The notes below the pieces were generated by a model. That model was not told the DNA's origin, made no database searches, and saw only the letters and a list, made by a program, of their open reading frames with translations. From positions 2,112,001 to 2,176,000 of the forward strand of contig CAWCKY010000006.1 of assembly GCA_963796275.1 (NCBI GenBank): 64,000 nt of DNA, written 5' to 3'. Position numbers and translations under genes: made by a program. The DNA is from an uncultured Acidobacteriota bacterium (GTDB lineage: Bacteria; Acidobacteriota; Blastocatellia; RBC074). This document shows, one piece after another, positions 21,339-30,729 of the stretch (positions are counted from its first letter, which is position 1; each line of letters begins with the position of its first letter).

Positions 21339-22268
21339 ATGTCATCTCACCTATCACGACGCGAGTTCCTGCAATCAGCGACGCTGGCCACAGCGTCTTT
21401 CAGCTCAAGCAAAGCCGGCGATGGGCCGGGCGATGGGCCGGCCGGTCCAGTTGTTATTGATACCCACCTGCATTGCTTTGCGGGCGTAGACGACGCGCGC
21501 TTTCCTTATCATCCGCGCGCGCCATACCGTCCGCCCGCCGCGGCTACGCCGGAGCATCTGTTGAAATGCATGGACGGCGCGGGCGTCAATCATGCCATCG
21601 TCGTGCACCCGGAGCCGTATCAGGACGATCACCGGTACCTCGAGCATTGCCTGCAAGTCGGCAAAGGCCGTTTGAAAGGAACCTGTCTGGTCTTCGCCGA
21701 TCAGCCTATGTCAGTCAAGCAACTGGATGGCCTCGCGAAGCGCGGCGATATCGTGGCGGCGCGGATTCACGCGTACGCGCCCGACCGATTGCCGCCGTTC
21801 GGCAAGCCGGAGCTGCGCGCGCTGTGGAAGAAAGCGAGCGATCTGGGAATGGCCGTGCAGCTTCATTTCGAGCCGCGCTATGCGCCGGGTTTCGAACCTT
21901 ACATCCGCGAATTTGCGCATACCAAAGTGATCATCGATCACCTCGGGCGACCGTTTCAGGGAACGCCCGAAGAGCATGCGGTCGTCGTGCGCTGGTCGCG
22001 CTTCGACAATACGGTGATGAAGCTCGCCGCCCTGCCGCGACCGACCGAATACCCGCATCGTGATCCAGGCTCGGTCATCAAACTGTTGTGTGACGCATAT
22101 GGAGCCGACCGGATGATCTACGGCGGGGGCTTTGGCCCGACAGCCTCGCCCGCTACCTACCGCGCCGCGCGCGAACGTGTACAGTCATATTTATCGCACA
22201 TGAAGCAGGAAGAGCAGGCCAAGGTCCTGGGTCAAACCGCCGTCAGACTCTTCGGGTTTTCGCGTTGA
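21339..22268 (+). CDS. Amidohydrolase_2 family protein (lactonase-like) with Tat leader
   Basis: SRREFL; IDTHLH metal motif, IIDHLGRP, YGADRMIYG. Confidence 0.85.
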   Translation: MSSHLSRREFLQSATLATASFSSSKAGDGPGDGPAGPVVIDTHLHCFAGVDDARFPYHPRAPYRPPAAATPEHLLKCMDGAGVNHAIVVHPEPYQDDHRYLEHCLQVGKGRLKGTCLVFADQPMSVKQLDGLAKRGDIVAARIHAYAPDRLPPFGKPELRALWKKASDLGMAVQLHFEPRYAPGFEPYIREFAHTKVIIDHLGRPFQGTPEEHAVVVRWSRFDNTVMKLAALPRPTEYPHRDPGSVIKLLCDAYGADRMIYGGGFGPTASPATYRAARERVQSYLSHMKQEEQAKVLGQTAVRLFGFSR

Positions 22269-22567
22269 GAGCTTTGGTTCTACACCCCTCGATCGTTTCA
22301 AGAAAAGATGACGCTCTTCTGGCATCGCCATTTCGCCACCAACCTGAAGAAAGTTCGTGCCTTTTATCGCTCTTCCAGCGTGGCGGAATAGGGCGTATAG
22401 TATGCAGCCATAAATCAGAACGAAATATTCTGGCGCGTCTTTTTGTAACACCGTGAGCTCGTCTCATTGATTTCCGTGCGAGCTTTTCACGTCGCACTCT
22501 TAGGGAGAGTGCGCCAATTCCATCAAGGTAGTTTAGAAGCAAATTACGTCTGACCATTGGAGGTGAT

Positions 22568-25500
22568 ATGCGATTGACTATTGCATCGCTTTTGCTGCTG
22601 GCATGTCCGTCAACTGTATGGCCGCAAGCAGTATCCGCAACGCTGCTGGGCGCCGTCACCGACGCGACCGGCGCCGCGATTCCCAAGGCCGAGATCATGG
22701 TGACGGAAACGGCCACCGGGGTGACTCGCAACGCGCAGACCAACGAACAGGGAATCTACACAATTCCTTATCTAGCTCCGGGGATTTACCGGGTAGAGAT
22801 CGAGGCCAAAAGTTTCAAGAAATTCGTGCTCGAGGGCCTCGAGCTGCGGGCGACCACCTCGACGCGCGCGGATGCGAAGCTCGAGCCGGGACAGGTGGCG
22901 GAAGTTATGGAAATTCGCTCCGGGAGTCCGTTGCTGCAGACCGACCGTTCGGAAGTTTCGCGAAGTTTCAATCGCAAGGCCGTTACCGAACTGCCGCTGG
23001 TGGATCGTAGCTTTCAGTCGCTGGTAGGCCTGATGCCCGGCGTGGCGCCGCCTAGCGTGGACTTTACGCGCGCCGAAGATCCGCAGGGCACCACTTTCTT
23101 CCGGGCCAACGGACAGGGGAATTCGGCGAACAATACGCAGGTGGACGGCGTCGACAATACGAATCCTACCCTGGGGTTGAGCATCTACATCCCGTCGGCC
23201 GAGGTAGTCCAGGAGGTGAATGTCACGACGTCAAACTACAACGCCGAATTCGGTAGAGCGGGCGGCGCCATGCTTAACGTCATCACGCGCGGGGGAACCA
23301 ACGATTTGCATGGTTCGCTGTTTGAATTTCATCGCAACCGATCCTTGCGCGCGCGCAATATGTTCAATGTGTCGCCGCAGCCGAAGCCGAATTTTGTGCG
23401 GAACGAGTTCGGCGGCGTGCTCGGCGGCCCCATCATTCGCAACAAAACGTTCTTTTTCGGCGGATTTCAGGGCCGAACGCTGCGACAGTCCAACACCGTC
23501 ACGACGACGGTTCCGGTGGAAGCCTGGCGGCGCGGGAATTTCAGCGGCGTCCCTGAGCTTGCGATCTATGACCCGGCGACGGGAACGGAGAACGGAGTCG
23601 GCCGCCAACCGTTCGCCGATAACCAAATTCCTGAGGAGCGCATTCACCCGATTGCAAACAAGCTGCTTCCCTTGATTCCGCTGCCGAACCAGCCAGGATT
23701 CCGGGACAACTTGATCGTGAATGTTCCGTTCCGTTATAACGGGTACTCCTACGACGGCCGCGTCGATCACATCTTCGGCGAACGCACTCGCGGATTCGTC
23801 AAATTCAACTACTCCGATTACCGCGTCGAAACCGAAGCCGCGTTTCCCGCGGCGATCGGAGAGGGGACGAAGAGCACGCCATATACAGTAACGACGGTCT
23901 TGAATTTGACCCACAGTTTCAGCCCGACCCTGGTCGCCGAATTCCGCGGCGGTTATAACCGTTACTTCGCCGAGGTGAACGGTCTCAATATGACCGATGT
24001 GACAAATCAGACGCTCGGGATTCAGAACCCGAATCCGGTATCCCATATCGTCGCAAGGGATGGCTCGCATCAACATTGCGGGTGGAATGCAAGGCATGGG
24101 GACCCCGGTCTTCTATCCGTTGATCAACGCCGACAACCTGTTCAATTTCGTCAACACCTGGAACAAACAGGCCGGCAGGCACGCGATCAAATGGGGCATT
24201 GACCTTCATCGCAACCGAATGGACCGCTTTCAGCCGCAGGGTCTGAATTTCGGCCCGCGCGGGTTGTTTGTCTTCAATCCGGGCGTGACGGCGTTGAACG
24301 GCGGGCCGGAGTTGGGCCAGTTCGGCTCCTTTGGAAATTCCTTCGCCGCCTTTCTGCTCGGCGCGCCGGATCAAACCAGCCGAACGTTCATGCCGATCAC
24401 GCCGACAAACCGGCAGACGCAGTTCTTCACGTTTTTCCATGACTCTTTCCAGGTCTCGCGCAAATTGACCTTGGATCTGGGGCTCCGCTGGGAGCTGTAC
24501 ACGACGGTCAAACCGCGTTACCGGGGCGGCGCGTCCAACTACGATCCGTCGACCGACAGCCTGTTGATCGCCGGCTATGGCGAGAACGATCTGGGAAATA
24601 ACGTCAAGACGGACTGGAACAACTTCGCTCCCAGGTTCGGTTTCTCTTATCGGATCGGCGACCGCAGCGTTATTCGTGGCGGTTACGGCCTCAGCTACTA
24701 CACCGGCCGGTTCGGGTTTACGGGCGGAACGCTCTCAACCCAGTTTCCGGTGATTTACAACATCCAGGACGGTGTGGAGAACGACTTTATGAAGAACGGG
24801 AATTTCGAAGCGCTCCCGCCCGTGCCCGATATTCCACTGCCTGAAAACGGCGTTATTACTCCTGACCCGAACCAGGCATTCTTCACGATCCCGAGAGACA
24901 ACCCCATTCCCTTCGTGCACAGTTATAACCTGACTTACCAGCGCGAGGTAGGCTGGAACATGGCCTGGGACATCGGGTATGTCGGTTCCCTGGGTCGCAG
25001 GCTGCCCTTTCAGCAGCAGCTGAACGCGGCGCCGCCGGGGGCCGGCGCCGCGGGACGCCCGTTCAACGTGTTGTTCGAGCGCACCGCCAACGTGGATATG
25101 CGGGCCCACGGCTTGAACAACAACTACAACTCGCTCCAGACCAACATCACAAAGCGCTTTTCGCAAGGGCTGCAGTTCACCGCCGCATATACCTTCAGCA
25201 AAACCATGGGAACGGGAGACGATCAGGGCGGATTCATTGTTCAGACAGACATCCGCCGCAACTACGGCCCAACGGGGTATGACCGAACCCATATGTTCGT
25301 CGCCAGCCATACCTTTGAACTGCCCTTCGGAGCGGGGAAACCGTTACTGCGGTCCGGGCCTGGTCGCCACATACTCGGCGGTTGGCAGTTGAACGGCGTC
25401 TTCCGGTGGGTGAGCGGTGCGCCGTTTACACCGATAGCGGACGCGACAGCCTGCAACTGTCCGGGCAACGGAAACTATGCCACGGTGGTCGCCCCCGCGC

Positions 25501-25817
25501 GATATCTTCGTGGGACCGGGCGCGGGGAGCTCTGGGTCGATCGAAGTTCTTTCCAAGCGCCGGCCGCCAACACCTTCGGTACAGCGGGCCGCAACAGTTT
25601 GCGAGGCCCAGGGTTCAAAAATTATGACCTGTCATTGTTCCGCAACTTGCGCCTCAGCGAGCGCATACGTCTCGAATTGCGCGGCGAAGTCTATAACCTC
25701 ACCAATTCGCCGCGGTGGGGAAATCCAGTGAGTAGCATCAATGACGCAAACTTCGGCCAAATCCTAAGCGCCGGCGGCGAACGCGAACTGCAAGTGGCTG
25801 TGCGGCTGACATTTTAG
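22568..25817 (+). pseudogene. TonB-dependent receptor split by a +1 frameshift near 24039 (pseudogene or sequencing indel)
   Basis: ORFs 22568-24202 and 24060-25817 are the N- and C-halves of one TBDR. Deleting T24039 restores NPNPDPISSQGMARINI. Confidence 0.85.
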
Positions 25818-25904
25818 AGTGGGCAACAAAATCATCCAGGGACAGAAGGCCGGTAGACACGTTCAATTTTGCGTCTCTACCGGCTCTGAAATACGAATAT
25901 GGGC

Positions 25905-26295
25905 ACGCGGTCTTCCTTTCCACATGCGATTTTTGACCCCCTTAAGGCGTAGCTCCGAACATGGATATCTCGTTTGGAGTTCCGCGTTTACGCGGTCTTC
26001 AGCTTTTCGATCGATTTTCAGACCGCCTGAAGGCGGAACTCCAAACAGGATTTCGTTTGGAGTTCCGCGTTTACGCGGTCTTTTTCTTTTCGCATGATTC
26101 CCTGAACGCCTGAATGCGGAACGCCGAACATGGATATCTCGTTTGGAGTTCCGCGTTTACGCGGTCTTCAGCTTTTCGATCGATTTTCAGACCGCCTGAA
26201 GGCGGAACTCCAAACAGGATTTCGCTTGGAGTTCGGCGTTTACGCGGTCTTCCTTTTCGCATGCGATTTTTGACCGCCCCGAGGGCGGAACTCCA
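25905..26295. repeat. BIME-like array of REP doublets containing a 169-bp tandem duplication
   Basis: GTTTGGAGTTCCGCGTTTACGCGGTCT at about 25972, 26055, 26141 and 26224, alternating with inverted GACCGCCTGAAGGCGGAACTCCAAAC-like arms at about 25935, 26021, 26105, 26190 and 26272. Confidence 0.85.
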
Positions 26296-26445
26296 TGTAT
26301 TTTCTCCGAACGAACAGCATCAACTTTTTTTTCGTCAGCCTTGGCGGATTCGCTTCGCTTTGTCGCTATTTGATGTGACGGAGGGTTGCTTGAACCTTAT
26401 GCATATTAAACAATCACAGACCCGGCAAGACAACGGAGGCGAGCG

Positions 26446-29400
26446 ATGAACAAAGATTGGGAAAATATCGATCAGCTTTTTCATCAGGCGCTGGAGTATC
26501 CGAATGAAGCGCGCGCGGAGTTCATAACGCGCGCCACGCAGAACGACACGGCGTTGCGCGGCGAACTGCAGGCTCTGCTCGATGCCCACGAAGCGAATCG
26601 CAGTTTCCTCGAGACGCCCGTGATGCGTGTCGATCTCTCACCCCAGTTTGGCCGCTGGCAGACGCAGATTGTAGAAGCGGTGGCTCCTCCATTCGATAAT
26701 CGGAATGCCGGGCAGATGATCGGGCGCTTGCTAGATGGGAAATACCGTTTAGAGGAATTATGCGGCCGTGGCGGGATGGGGGCCGTATACCGCGCGCTGC
26801 ACGTCGGGACGGGGCGCCGGGTGGCCGTCAAGGTGATCGCCCCGGAATTGGCGGGGAACCCTGAATTCATCGAGCGGTTCCGGCGCGAGGCCAAGACAAT
26901 CGGCCGGTTGCGGCATCCCAATATCGTCAATGTGACCGACTTCGGCATCACGGGCGAGAATGAGCAAACCCTGGCCTATCTGGTGATGGAACACCTGGAA
27001 GGCTGTACGCTGGCGGCCAAGCTCAAAGACAAACGCCCGCTGCCTCTCGCTGATGCGTTGGATATTCTAAACCAGACCTGTGCTGCTATTGATGAAGCGC
27101 ATCGATTGGGGATTCTGCATCGCGATCTCAAACCGGAGAACATATGGCTCGAACCGGTGGGAGCCGGCGGCTGTAACGTGAAGGTGCTGGATTTCGGCAT
27201 CGCCCAGTTGCACGACCTGCTCGCGCTCGAAGAACCGGAGCCATTGCCGGTAATCAGCACAACGAGCCAGAGGGCGACGCCACAATTACAGCCATCCTCC
27301 ATCACCGAAGACGAGACGCTGCGGCTCAACCTGACTTTGCCGCAATTGACGCGATTAGGCACGGTGCTGGGCACGCCGAAATATATGTCGCCCGAACAAT
27401 GCCGGGGCGAAGAACTCGACAACGCCTCGGACATCTACAGCCTGGGCGTGATCGCATATCAGATGCTGTGCGGGGAGGTACCCTTCGCCGGAACCGCTGC
27501 GGAATTGCTGCGACAGCATCGTGAAGTTGCGCCCGTCCCTTTGAGGAAAAAGCGGGGCAATCTGCCCGCCACGCTCGATGCCGTCGTTTGTCAAGCGCTG
27601 GCCAAAGACCCTTCAGCCCGGCCTGCGACGGCAGGCGCGTTCGCCTTCCTGTTGAGCTTGCAGCCTACTGGCAATGACTGGCTGCGCCGGCAGGCCGATG
27701 CCATCACCCGGCAGCACAGATTCAAACTGGCCGAGTTGGCCGTGCGCATACAATGGCGGAGCTGGTTGGTGATCGGCTTGCTCCTGATGGCTACGGTGAA
27801 ATTGCCGGGGCTGCGCCCGCTACAGGCTGGTTTGGTCTTTGGATCTCTCTGGGTGCTGATTTCCGCCATTACGTTATGGAAGCAGAGCTCAATCACAGCG
27901 GCATACACGCTCTTCCTTGAAGAGACGCGGAAAATGGCTGATACGGAGATCAGCACTCGCAACATCGTCGGTGCTATAAGGCAACGCAGGGGAGCTCTGG
28001 CCCGGGCGACATGGGTCGAATTGGCTGGCCTCGCGCGCAAACTAAGTTCGTTCAAGCCGGCTGAAATCAGACGCTGGGCTGATTCTCTGCTGATCGTTCC
28101 GCCTTTGATGCAGGAAGAGCTGAGCGTTGATGAGGCAACGCGGCGGTCGGCCAAACTGATCGCGCCGCTGCGCCAAAAGCTGGTTTATCCTTTCTTCAGG
28201 CGCTTGGTGGCTTTCGCGCTCGTATTGACCACAGGGCAGGTGATGTTGGTGATTTGGGGCAACACGCTTGATGGCGGGAGAAGGGAATTGGAAGAGACGG
28301 TCATCATCAGGCTTCCGTTGATGCTGGCACTCTGCTTCACCGCTTTTAACTTCGCCCTGAAAAGTTCTATCGAGCAAGCCGTACTTTACCTCACCGCCCG
28401 GCAAGCATTAGGCGAGATCACGGCGGAGGCGGCCGGGCTACCTCTCCGCCAGGACACGGAAGTCGGAACTCATGGTTGGTGGCTCGCTTTCAAGACCTAT
28501 GCGCCGACCTGCGCATTATTGCTGCTGCTTATCCACTTGCACCTCCTGAAATTTTCCACGATGAGCGTTGCCATCAATTCAGGCCAGATCTACACCGTCA
28601 AAGCATTGCAAGCAGCTGGTGTTCCGCTCCCATTCTGGTCGCTGCCGGGCACTCCGCCCACAGGCGTTCGACGCTGGGTGCGGAGAGCCTTGCTCCCGTT
28701 TGGGCGGCACAGATTCCAACCTTACGGCCCGCATATCATCGAATCTTGGGCGATGAGCAAATTCCTGCTTGAAAAAGGTGTGAACGTCAATACCCGGCTA
28801 TTACTGGGTGGAAGCTGGACGCCGCCGAGGGTTGGCGATGTCACTATGACACCTTTGCATTTTGCATTGACGTATGGTCGGGTTGAGATCGCTCGCAGGA
28901 TGCTTGCGCACGGCGCTGACATACGCGCGCAGGATTCCATTGGACGCAGCCCATTGACCATCGCCATTACGTATTGCCCGGCCGCCATCGAACTGCTGCT
29001 CGATTCCGGTGCAGAGATCAATGAGCAGACCCGCTTCGGTGCGCCATTGCTGGCAGCGGCGCGATATCAATGGCTTTATCCTTCTCGGGGGATGAGGAGA
29101 ACTATGCAGGAGAGCGAGAACGCCGTCAAAATCCTGATGGAAAAGGGCGCTGATCCGAATACGCGCGATAGCGAAGGGCGCAATGCATTGATGGTCATGT
29201 CAATGGAAAATCGGTCTGATACCAGGTTTGGGATCCCGCCGGGGGAAATAAAAGTAAATCTAGTTTGGGTTAGCGGCATGCCCGAATTTAGGCGAGTAGT
29301 GCCAGGTGGTGTGCCAGATCTGCCCCCTGACAAGGTCTTACAGTTGATCGGCGAAGCATTGTTACAGGCCGGGTGTGACGTCAACGCAGCCGATAGCAAT

Positions 29401-29592
29401 GGGCGTACGCCGCTGATGTATGCTGCGGGTTACAATAGGCTTACCGCAGTCCGCCTGTTGATGGAAGCGGGCGCCAACATCAAGGCCAAGGATAAAAGCG
29501 GAATGACCGCGCTGGACCTGGCAAAGCAGTTAGGGAACCAAGATGTCATCAGGCTGCTTCAGCCAGCTCAGCGTTCAGCCGGAAACCGTTAA
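26446..29592 (+). CDS. Hanks-type Ser/Thr protein kinase with multiple TM segments and C-terminal ankyrin repeats
   Basis: GRGGMG, VAVK, HRDLKPEN, DFG, GTPKYMSPEQ; central hydrophobic helices; TPLHFA, GRSPL, GADPNTRDSEGRNAL, GRTPLMYAA, GMTALDLA. Confidence 0.93.
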   Translation: MNKDWENIDQLFHQALEYPNEARAEFITRATQNDTALRGELQALLDAHEANRSFLETPVMRVDLSPQFGRWQTQIVEAVAPPFDNRNAGQMIGRLLDGKYRLEELCGRGGMGAVYRALHVGTGRRVAVKVIAPELAGNPEFIERFRREAKTIGRLRHPNIVNVTDFGITGENEQTLAYLVMEHLEGCTLAAKLKDKRPLPLADALDILNQTCAAIDEAHRLGILHRDLKPENIWLEPVGAGGCNVKVLDFGIAQLHDLLALEEPEPLPVISTTSQRATPQLQPSSITEDETLRLNLTLPQLTRLGTVLGTPKYMSPEQCRGEELDNASDIYSLGVIAYQMLCGEVPFAGTAAELLRQHREVAPVPLRKKRGNLPATLDAVVCQALAKDPSARPATAGAFAFLLSLQPTGNDWLRRQADAITRQHRFKLAELAVRIQWRSWLVIGLLLMATVKLPGLRPLQAGLVFGSLWVLISAITLWKQSSITAAYTLFLEETRKMADTEISTRNIVGAIRQRRGALARATWVELAGLARKLSSFKPAEIRRWADSLLIVPPLMQEELSVDEATRRSAKLIAPLRQKLVYPFFRRLVAFALVLTTGQVMLVIWGNTLDGGRRELEETVIIRLPLMLALCFTAFNFALKSSIEQAVLYLTARQALGEITAEAAGLPLRQDTEVGTHGWWLAFKTYAPTCALLLLLIHLHLLKFSTMSVAINSGQIYTVKALQAAGVPLPFWSLPGTPPTGVRRWVRRALLPFGRHRFQPYGPHIIESWAMSKFLLEKGVNVNTRLLLGGSWTPPRVGDVTMTPLHFALTYGRVEIARRMLAHGADIRAQDSIGRSPLTIAITYCPAAIELLLDSGAEINEQTRFGAPLLAAARYQWLYPSRGMRRTMQESENAVKILMEKGADPNTRDSEGRNALMVMSMENRSDTRFGIPPGEIKVNLVWVSGMPEFRRVVPGGVPDLPPDKVLQLIGEALLQAGCDVNAADSNGRTPLMYAAGYNRLTAVRLLMEAGANIKAKDKSGMTALDLAKQLGNQDVIRLLQPAQRSAGNR

Positions 29593-29671
29593 AAAGCAAA
29601 GACGTCGTCATCTTCTCGGTTGTAAGCAGCACAGGCAAAACACACTCACACTCGGGCCACAACAGATCGAG

Positions 29672-30583
29672 TTACTTGATCGTCAATATCGAAATCTCGG
29701 GTGGAACACCGAAACGAACGGGCATGATGCTCGTGCCGATGCCTGGCGTCACGAACAAATGGCGCCCACCTTCAATGATATGGCCAATGGCATAAGAGCG
29801 ATCTGAAATCACAGGTCGCCCGATAAATGGCAGCCATATCTGTCCACCGTGCGTATGTCCCGCAATCGTCAGCGCGATTCGCTTGGGAATTGCCGGAAAT
29901 AGATCGGGGTTGTGCGTAAACGCGATGGCCGGAGCGTCATCGGTAATTTGCTTCAACGTCGCCGCAATCTTCGGACGGCCCGTCCATTGATCAGCGAATC
30001 CTACCAGCCAAAATGAGCTTCCCTGGTGTTCAATTTTAACCGCCTGATCATCGAGAACTCGGATACCTTCTTTTTCAAAAGATTGCCGGACGCGTCCGTA
30101 GTCATACCAAGAGTCGTGATTTCCTAAAGTGGCGAACACGCCGGCTCTGGCCCTCAGCCTTTTTAATTCAGTGGCAATCTCTTCCGGCTCCGCAATTTGC
30201 CAGCCCAGCGCGGTTTCAACGAAGTCACCGGGCATTAGAATCAAATCGGCTTCAGTAGAATTGGCTTGCTCAACAATTCGGCGCAACCTGCCGAGCGTGA
30301 TATGCGGCGGGCCGACGTGCAGGTCTGAAAACACCGTCACACGCAGATCGCGGAACTCGCCGGGCCAGGCGGGCAATGAGATAGCTGTCGTTCGTACCAC
30401 CAGGCGCATCGGTTCAATGACGAACCCGTAGAGCAACACACCGTTTATCAACGAAGAGAAAATAATGATGCTGCGCTACTGTCGCCATTTGGTGAGCCAT
30501 TGACGCCATCTGCTTATCGGTCGATCTGTCGGCCCCAGTACTAACGGAGAAATTTGCCTGATTGCGCGAGTTGTAACTGACAT
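29672..30583 (-). CDS. YkuE-like metallophosphoesterase whose N-terminal part is interrupted by an in-frame TAG at 30476-30478
   Basis: SDLH, GDF, LGNHD, HNPD, GHTHGGQ. The in-frame ATG at 30583 reads MSVTTRAI...RWRQWLTKWRQ*RSIIIFSSLING. Confidence 0.8.
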
Positions 30584-30590
30584 CAGCCGC

Positions 30591-30677
30591 GAACCACGGA
30601 GATCGCTGAGCTTTGATCGGAAATATCCAGTAATCATTGCTACCCTCTTTAATAAATGTCCGCGATCTCAGTGGTTC
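30591..30677. repeat. Imperfect 19-bp inverted repeat (REP-like)
   Basis: GAACCACGGAGATCGCTGA / TCCGCGATCTCAGTGGTTC, 2 mismatches. Confidence 0.55.
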
Positions 30678-30729
30678 ATTCCGAGTCTCAATCTTGGAAA
30701 CGCTTTTTAATTCCTTCCGATCCGGACAA

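Noticed and set aside
25905-26295. Possible CRISPR array
   Set aside because: The repeats alternate in orientation, the intervening sequences are themselves duplicated, and no cas genes are present; this fits REP doublets.
25819-26449. Two ORFs with repeated peptide (WSSAFTRSS...PPEGGTPN)
   Set aside because: They are translations of the REP array.
30476-30478. Pyrrolysine or stop-codon reassignment
   Set aside because: TAG ends other genes normally here (16315, 25817, 53510) and no pyl genes are present.
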